In this document: positions 25,501-33,326 of the stretch, one piece after another
Layout of the letters: each line of letters begins with the position of its first letter
How positions within the stretch are numbered: the first letter of the stretch is position 1
DNA from: Sphaeroforma arctica JP610
Taxonomy: Eukaryota
DNA: 33,326 bases
Direction: 5' to 3'
Assembly (NCBI RefSeq): GCF_001186125.1
Contig: NW_014040044.1
Coordinates: forward strand, 31,363-64,688
Notes under the pieces: generated by a model
Seen by the model: the letters and a program-made list of their open reading frames with translations, nothing else
What the model was told of the DNA's origin: nothing
Databases searched by the model: none
Made by a program: the position numbers and the translations under genes

Positions 25501-26743
25501 TTCTGTTGTGGTCATGTGTGGATAAGCACCTGTTTGTATAGTCATTTGTCGGTTTAGATTTGTACACTTGTCGTTGACTAGTACTGAAAGACTAGATACA
25601 TGTACAGTGACACGCATGCAACCCTACACTATACGAGTGAAATAGAATGAAGCATTAGTGCTTATGTGCATCAAGCGTGTATTCTAACAGATGTGCTTGT
25701 TCGTGAATGTGTACACCAAATGCCACAGAAGCCTCGTCCAACCGTTTATTGGTATCGTCGATGCACAGCCCGGCCTTTCACCCACACAAGCCTATAAGTA
25801 TAGTAATACATCCTATACACAGCTAGGCGCGCCGGTCTATTTCTATCGTCCTTCCTTATGTGTCAACTCGGCGCATTTGGAGGCCTGCAATAGCACCCGC
25901 AAATTGCTTACCGAGTGCGCTTTCTACACAGATGTGTGCGAATTTGATGAACGGGAAGACGGCCTGTGGCAGCATGACGTCGGGAGGCACAGAGTCGATC
26001 TGCATGGCTGTACGTACACACAGAGAGTGGGCCAGAGAGACAAAAGGCATCCAGTACCCCAACATGTATGTTATAAAGTCACTGTGCACTTGAGGGATAT
26101 CCATTTGAGGGATATCCATTTTATGTTTCAAAAAAGCATCCAGTGCCCCAACATATTTGTTATAAAGTCACTGTGCACTTGAGGGATATCCATGACTATT
26201 TTTCAAACCGCCGTCAAGTACCCCAACATGTATGTTATAAAGTCACTGTGCACTTGAGGGATATCCATGACTATGTTTCAAAAAGGCATCCAGTAACCCA
26301 ACATGTATGTTATAAAGACGCTGTGCACTTGACGGATATCCATTGTATGTTTCAATCTGTGTTGTATCTGAAAGAGGACAAGTGTCCTTTTCTTTGATGC
26401 TATGATCACTCCCAGCCCGCACCCACTGCAACTGCACACTCACCTGTCCATCCCCATCCCCATCCCCATCCTTCCCGTTGTTCGTCCATACTCAGTGTGG
26501 TGGGCGTGTCCGTGCACGTTGCCTTCGACAAAGCGTGCGACTACTATCGCATCAAGATCAAGCACTGCGCTGTAGACCCAGCCACCGGTCGCGTGGACGT
26601 GGCTAGCATGGCCCGTCTAGTGGACAGTAACACTATCATGGTGGTGGGCTCGGCACCGTCCTTTCCCCACGGCTGTATCGATGACATCGAAGGGATCGCA
26701 CAGTACGTAGAAATGTCTCTCTCTGTCTGTCTGTCTGTCTGTC

Positions 26744-26784
<41 letters not shown>

Positions 26785-29700
26785 TTTGGCTACAAACGCG
26801 ATGTGCGTGTGCTCTTGTCTCCCGCACTACGAACGCTCCGAAGTTCATATATCACGTTATGTAACCGCTTACTCATAACACCACGTTGGCAAAGGTTGTC
26901 GTTAAGACTTTCTTGCACCTGTGGTCCAAGTCTGTAGCTAAATAGGCACCTGCACGTATACTAGACGCACGCACAGTGTTAGACGGTGTTTGCATCACAT
27001 TATGGATTTGAGATCTACCTCGAGGAGAACAATTGTGAGTACTTCTTAAGCCTAGTTATAGACGAGTACTTCTTAAGCCTAGTTGTAGACGTACAATACA
27101 GTTTATTATAAGTTCTCGTGCTGGTTCTACCAATAGTGATGTAGCGTGTGGCACTTCTCGAGGAATCGGTTCTGGGGCGTAGCACTGTGCGTGAAGTACT
27201 GTGGTATCCCCCGAGAGTCGTACCGCAGAATCACCTGCTGCAAGCAATAACGTCTGTAGCACAGATTAGACCCACATAGTGTATGTTAATCGAACGTCAC
27301 TTCACACATGGCAACAGAATTGCGCGCAAGCATAAGATTGGGATGCACGTGGACTGTTGTCTGGGTGGGTTCATTGTGCCGTTTATGGATCAAGCTGGCT
27401 ACCCCGTCAAACCATTCGACTTCCGCGTCGACGGTGTCACCTCGATGTCCATGGACACACACAAAGTATGTACTAATACTTCTACGGTATCACAAAAATT
27501 ATGTACTACGGTAACACACAAAGTATGTACTAGTACTTATACGGTAACACACATAGTATGTACTAATACTTACACGGTAACACACATAGTGTGTACTAGT
27601 ACTTATACGGTAACACACATAGTATGTACTAATACTTACACGGTAGCACACATAGTATGTACTAGTACTTATACGGTAACACGTATAGTATGTACTAGTA
27701 CTTATACGGTAACACACTTAGTATGTACTAGTACTTATACGGTATCACACGTAGTATGTACTAAAACTTATACGGTAACACACATAGTATGTACTAGTAC
27801 TTATACGGTAACACGCATAGTATGTACTAGTACTTATACAGTAACACACTTAGTATGTACTAGTACTTATACGGTAACACACATAGTATGTACTAGGACT
27901 TATACGGTAACACACATAGTATGTACTAGTACTTATATGGTAGCACACATAGTATGTACTAGTACTTATACGGTAACACACATAGTATGTACTAATACTT
28001 ATATGGTAACACACATAGTATGTACTAATACTTATACGGTAACACACATAGATTGTACTAGTACTTATACGGTAGCACACATAGTATGTACTAGTACTTA
28101 TACGGTAACACACAAAGTATGTACTAGTACTTATACGGTAGAGTTTCAAGTCACAAGAGTATTTAGACTGACGCACACACAGTTGATAATCAACGCACAT
28201 GTAGTGTATAGTCAACACACATACAATATGGATTCTACACTCACAGTATATGTAGCTATACCGTGAAGCGTCTAATTGGCACAAGTTCAGTAGGCGCAAG
28301 CGGGGCGCACACCATTAGGGATGTTCAGAGTTAAGCGTGCAACCAACGGCTCAACTCGCAATCCCCACAGACAAAGGTTTTAGGAAAAGTATTGTATTAC
28401 ATTGTGCATTTGACCTGGTTATCTTTTAGATCATTTGACTTTATTATGTTTAAAACTTTCTGTAGCATTTGACTTTACTATCTTTTATATTATCTTTAAA
28501 ACTTTCTGTAGCATTTGACTTTACTATCTTTTATCATTTGGCTTTATTATCTTCGAGCATTTGACCTGCTAGGATAGCAGTTTTGATTATCCGCGTGTCA
28601 CGGGGTACTGTTTGTTATACACATACCACACGTGTGCATGTTTGACTTTATTGTTCGTTTTTACCGGTTGGTGTTGGTCTATGTGCGCCCAGAACACGTG
28701 GCAGCCGAGTATTGGGTGGGTGTGGTATGATATCTGTGAGTTAACATTAGTGAGTTAACATTACCATTGACCGTGTCCTGCACTGCTCTTCCACAGTACG
28801 GCTACACGCCCAAAGGCACCTCCGTCGTGCTGTACCGCAACACAGAGCTGCGCCACTACCAGTACTTCGTAATGGTAAGTCCTCCAGTACACCAACTACC
28901 AGTATTTCGTAATGGTAAGTCCTGAAGCACACCCCATGCGATCTATACTTGTGTAGACGGGGTAGCATACACACTCCTGCCCTTTCTTTCTCTGCAAGCC
29001 GTACCAACAGTCCCGTCTACGCGTGTTTGTGTTTCGATGGGGGCTACACGCTGAAAAGGTTAAAGTAGCGCCGGTGATGTATATATAGTGCACCTCTAGT
29101 GACACAAGGCTATCTCCTGCTTATCGCACTTCCCCAGGATTCGTGGCCTGGAGGTATCTACGCCACCCCCACTCAGGCCGGCAGTCGTCCCGGTGCACTG
29201 GCAGCAACCGCTTGGGCGTCCATGATGCACTTTGGCAATGACGGTATGTGTATTGATTTAGCATATCAATCACAACCTTTTCTGTGCGTAGTTGTATTTT
29301 AGTTTCTTTTTTTTGTGCGTAGTTGTATTATAGTCAGTGTTGTTTTGCGGTAAGTCTTTCACAGCAGAGCGTGACACTCGCGTTAGCAGCCAGCCAGCCG
29401 GATAGTAAGAAAGACCTCTGTGCTGTCAGTTGCAGATGCGTTACACTCGCGTTAGCAGCCAGCCGGATAGTAAGAAGACCTCTGTGCTGTCAGTTGCAGC
29501 TGACATGTGTCGGAAGTGATTCATATTTGCGCTTCTATGGTTTTGGTTCACTAGTTGTTTTTTCTCACAAGCTGTGGTATGCATGTCCTGCGACATTTCC
29601 ATTCTCATAGTCTGTGTTATGCATATTGCAACAGGCTACGTTGAATGTGCGAGGAAGATCTTACAAGCTCGAGAAACCGTGCAGAAAATGTAAGTAACGT

Positions 29701-32158
29701 GTGACTACGTTGAAACAGTGTTCTAATCGGATTGTCTGCTGTTTGTGTGTGCGATTTTTGGTTGAATGGTCACGTTTTGTATCCGATGCGATGGACGCCT
29801 TCTGTTCAACTAACGCGTACACGCCATGCCGGCGATGTAACATATGTAGCATGTAGCATGCAGCACACGAATACGACTCTTTTATACCCCACAGAGAGCG
29901 GGTAGTTGGATGCGTCTATAATCCTCCATGGTTTCAAGACTTCCACTTCTCCAAGGATTACCCCTTTCAACTGAGGTGCACGTATGAGCTACATTCACGC
30001 GCACTGTAGTGCCTCGACTGTCACTTCCACTTCTCCAAGGACTACCTCTTTCATCAGTATATTCACGCGCACTGTAGTGCCTCGACTGTCACTTCCACTT
30101 CTCCAAGGATTGCCTCTTTCAACAGTACATTCACGTGCACTGTAGTACTTTGACTGTCACTTCAACTTCTCCAAGGACTACCTCATTCAACAGCACCTTA
30201 ACGTGCACTGTAGTGGCTCGACTGTCACTTCCACTTCTCCAAGGATTGCCTCTTTCATCAGTACATTCACGTGCACTGTAGTACCTCGACTTTTACTTCC
30301 ACTTCTCCAAGGATTACCTCTTTCATCAGTACATCCACGTGCACTGTAGTACCTCGACTGTCACTTCCACTTCTCCAAGGATTACCTCTTTCATCAGTAA
30401 ATCCACGAGCACTGTAGTACCTCGACTGTCACTTGCACTTCTCCAAGGATTACCTCTTTCATCAGTACATCCACGTGCACTATAGTACCTCCTGTCTCGT
30501 AGTTGCTTCATTGTTAGTGGACTGTATATGTTAACTGTTTTCTTCCTCAGATGATGAACGTGACTAAGGGCGAGTCAGAGATGACTGAACTATATAGTAC
30601 ATGTGCGCATACGGTGCTAGATTCACAACGCAACTGTTTGCTTGCTCACACACACACACACTTCGAGCCCCTTGTTTATCTCAAAAGTTCAAAAATGGCC
30701 ACGATGTCCTGATGAATTTGACTGTAGAGATTGATTCGCGATTCTGAACAACATTTCAAGCGCAGGCGTTCGCATATACACACAGGTACATTGACACATG
30801 CCACATACGTATATATATCTGCCTGTACCTGTACTTCGTTGGCGTGCTCTCAGTGTGGTCTCTGTTCCTGGACTGAAGATAGTGGGCTCCCCCGACGTGA
30901 CTGTGCTGGCCATTGGGTCAGATGTCTACGATATCTACCGAATGGGCAACGAGATGGGCCACAGAGGATGGTTCATAAATCAGCTGCAGTATCCGGCGTG
31001 GTATGTCGTCACATATCCCATTGCGTCGTTTGTCCTGTATTTGGCGCATGTTTCAATGTTTTATCTCTACTTAAGCCACGGGCAGCAACATGATGAACAC
31101 TATCGATGCTTCAGTCTGATGTCTTGCTTCCTTCGTTTTATGTGTAGCTTCCACATATGCTTCACCTATCTGCATGTCGAGCAAGATGTGATTGATCGAT
31201 TGGTGAATGATATCAAGGAAATCGCAAATGATCTCATGCAAGACCCCAACAAAAAGCTGACCGAAGGTATGTTTAGTGTTGTTACAAACGCCCAAGAGTG
31301 AATATAATGGAAAGAAGCCATGTATACTGTAGCATAAAGAAAGGTGAGTGTGCGTCTACGGTGAGTGTATTGTTTTCAAGAATATATATATATATATATA
31401 CCTGTTATTTTATACGCGAACGTATACACATTCATGGAAGACTGTTCTTGTGTATGATATGCCGAAGTACGCAGCTTACGCACATGTTTTCCGGCCCCTG
31501 TAAGCACATGCCAGCCCTGTGGATTAAGTGATGTATTTCATATATAAGAGCATGTGGCAAATGCACAGTACATGATGTACTTCATATATAAGAGCATGTG
31601 GCAAATGCACAGTACATGATATATTTCATATATAAGAGCATACGGCAAATGCTCAGTACATGATGTATTTCATACATAAGAACATGTGGCAAATGCACAG
31701 TACATGATATATTTCGTATATAAGAGCATGTGGCAAATGCATGGTACACGGTAAGGCGGCGGGTGTATGACTGCGTTCGTACGCCGCTAGTTCACGTCGC
31801 AATAGTCGCTTGGTTTATTCACCCAAGTAGCCCTGCAAGCATAGTTGACCTCGAAGCTCTTTTCCATCATCGAACTTACGAAACAGGTGTGGATGTGTTG
31901 CTCTTTCATGACTAGCTAGTCCTATAAACAGACCGTTAAACATTGTACCGAACTATTAACACTACAGGCACTGGTGTCATCTACGGTATGGCCCAGGCCG
32001 TCCCCGATAAGAGCATCGTCTCTGAGTTAGTGTGGGCGTACTTGGATGTGCAGTACGAGACTCGCCCGTACATTGAAGGCGAAGAAGAATGCGCGCACGT
32101 GTCTGAGGAGAGTGCAGACCCGAACACTCCCACGGAAACGTTTGTGTCGGCGAAATAA
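22504..32158 (+). CDS. SGPL1: Sphingosine-1-phosphate lyase (PLP-dependent), 574 aa, 13 exons: 22504-22657, 23661-23749, 24457-24549, 25201-25404, 25932-26065, 26496-26702, 27318-27465, 28797-28874, 29138-29243, 29635-29689, 30854-31000, 31148-31266, 31968-32158
   Basis: Family motifs [89 protein letters not shown] (PLP lysine), [16 protein letters not shown] and IYGMAQ..PD. All 12 introns are GT-AG with consistent phases; total 1725 nt. Confidence 0.95.
25008..25180. repeat. 29-bp intronic minisatellite, ~6 copies
   Basis: Unit gttctattgtactctatgttattaagact; ends ~20 bp before the acceptor at 25200. Confidence 0.9.
26042..26345. repeat. ~75-bp tandem repeat, 4 copies, spanning the lyase exon 5 splice donor
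   Basis: aaaggcatccagtaccccaacat|gtatgttataaagtcactgtgcacttgagggatatccat recurs with its aacat at 26061, 26150, 26225 and 26300. Confidence 0.92.
26716..26780. repeat. (CT)/(CTGT)n/(GT)n compound microsatellite
   Basis: Directly visible just after the exon 6 donor. Confidence 0.9.
27457..28140. repeat. 33-bp minisatellite, ~21 copies, spanning the lyase exon 7 splice donor
   Basis: Unit acacacata|gtatgtactagtacttatacggta with the internal palindrome gtactagtac; the first unit overlaps the exon end ACACACAAA|gtatgt. Confidence 0.95.
28405..28570. repeat. Imperfect short AT-rich tandem repeats (catttgactttaytatctttt)
   Basis: Motif recurs about six times, with a duplicated tttaaaactttctgtagcatttgac block. 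Confidence 0.7.
28855..28923. repeat. 40-bp direct duplication of the lyase exon 8 end plus splice donor
   Basis: actaccagtacttcgtaatg|gtaagtcct is followed 40 bp later by actaccagtatttcgtaatggtaagtcct (GT at 28875 and 28915). Confidence 0.9.
29374..29499. repeat. ~69-bp tandem duplication in an intron
   Basis: acactcgcgttagcagccagcc..ggatagtaagaa(a)gacctctgtgctgtcagttgcag occurs twice. Confidence 0.85.
29939..30492. repeat. 68-bp intronic minisatellite, 8 copies
   Basis: acttccacttctccaaggattacctctttcatcagtacattcacgtgcactgtagtacctcgactgtc at 29939, 30023, 30091, 30159, 30227, 30295, 30363 and 30431. Confidence 0.95.
31529..31748. repeat. 44-bp intronic minisatellite, 5 copies
   Basis: tgatgtatttcatatataagagcatgtggcaaatgcacagtaca at 31529, 31573, 31617, 31661 and 31705. 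Confidence 0.93.
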
Positions 32159-32234
32159 GGTGCCACTCAGATACTTAGTGAGTGTAGTAAACGGCGGCTG
32201 GTTTTAATAAAGCTGATAGATTGTGCGCGGGTGT

Positions 32235-32429
32235 GTATATGCACACCTGTCTGGGCATAGCAACTGTATATGTACATCTGACTGGGCATAGCAACTGTAT
32301 ATGTACATCTATCTGGGCATAGCAACTATATATGTACACCTGTCTGGGGCATAGCAACTGTATATGTACACCTGTCTGGCCATAGCAACTGTATACGTAC
32401 ACCTGTCGTGGCATAGCAACTGTATATGT
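32235..32429. repeat. 31-bp tandem repeat, ~6 copies, in the lyase 3' region
   Basis: Unit gtatatgtacacctgtctgggcatagcaact starts ~75 bp after the stop codon. Confidence 0.92.
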
Positions 32430-32635
32430 TTTTATTACATTCGATGTTTTGGTGTTGGTCTATATGCATGACGTACATGAATCTGTCTGTAGGGAGATGT
32501 GTCTGCTGCGAATTGATATGTAGATTAGATTAGCTTTCATCGCGGGTGTCCTCGAAGATTGTCTTGTGGCAGCACGATCGGGTCACGATCGGGCACCTCC
32601 ATTGTGACTGAGCCCTCTGTCCCGCCGCCTCACTC

Positions 32636-32739
32636 GAGATTGCAGATTGAATACCTACAAACACGTGCGTGTGATGCGCATTTAGAGATTGCAGATTGAA
32701 TACCTACAAGCACGAGCGTGTGATGCGATGCGCATTTAG
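32636..32739. repeat. ~49-bp tandem duplication
   Basis: gagattgcagattgaatacctacaa.cacg.gcgtgtgatgcg..catttag occurs twice. Confidence 0.85.
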
Positions 32740-33326
32740 TTGAGATGACATACATTATGACCTGTACATCAGTATCCATCAGCTGCACTCCGTACCATCC
32801 TGTAGCGCCAATTGGTGGTTGCGTGGTTCGCTGCTAGAACGCACACACGTGTTTGGGGAGGACTGGATTGAAGGGTTGATTTTGCCGACCCGTGGCACAT
32901 GTAGGTGTATGCATTAGAAGGCAAATCGGGCAAGCGGATTGAACGTCGACACTGACCATGAGTATAACTGAGTTATCACGCTAAACTTGGTGCGTAAATA
33001 TTGGCAATGTCAACCAGGCAACACAACACTGGTGATGCGGATGGTACAATCGGCGTATATCAGTGCGGAACGATCTTGCCCCTTCAGGTAGATATGGTCA
33101 GATAGAATCCGAGCAGCTGCTAATGCCATTAAGGTCCTTGTTTGTTAGAAACACGCGAGCGATTAACGCAGTCGACTCATAAAACTATGCGGAAAAATAT
33201 CGGTTTATGCACAAAATGGAGGTTGCTATGACTACAACAATCGGAATGCGGCACGGTCTGTAATCGACGATTTTTGTCACCATAACCCCACAAATCGCAA
33301 ATATGTGCATTTTGCCCACCTCTCTC

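Noticed and set aside
27283..28266. 327-aa ORF with [11 protein letters not shown] repeats as a novel repeat protein
   Set aside because: It is lyase exon 7 read through into a 33-bp intronic minisatellite; the spliced HK|YG junction restores the conserved motif.
29939..30492. Regularly spaced repeats resembling a CRISPR array (also 31529-31748 and 32235-32429)
   Set aside because: Whole units repeat with no unique spacers, no cas genes, eukaryotic context.

Overview
Intron-rich eukaryotic draft sequence with GT-AG introns (mostly GTATGT/GTAAGT/GTACGT donors), two N gaps and many minisatellites; a unicellular holozoan-like genome is a guess only. From left to right: (1) a decayed minus-strand Ty3/gypsy-type pol remnant (RT with YLDD, RNase H, probable protease) whose RNase H is split by a ~230-codon insert and has no visible integrase; (2) a two-exon ~1,540-aa protein with an acidic disordered N-terminus and six copies of an unfamiliar SAP/HeH-plus-'RGW' module; (3) a minus-strand gene with an SLX1-type C4HC3 RING and a long disordered tail carrying SIM-like motifs, with no GIY-YIG exon visible; (4) a three-exon YqiA/YcfP-like alpha/beta hydrolase; (5) a possible decayed phage-integrase-like tyrosine recombinase; (6) a small three-exon orphan gene; (7) a 925-bp TTAA-flanked piggyBac-like non-autonomous element; (8) a 13-exon sphingosine-1-phosphate lyase. 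Several intronic tandem repeats are built from the exon end plus the splice donor itself. Gene models were spliced by hand with phase checks, and family assignments come from motif recognition, not database searches.
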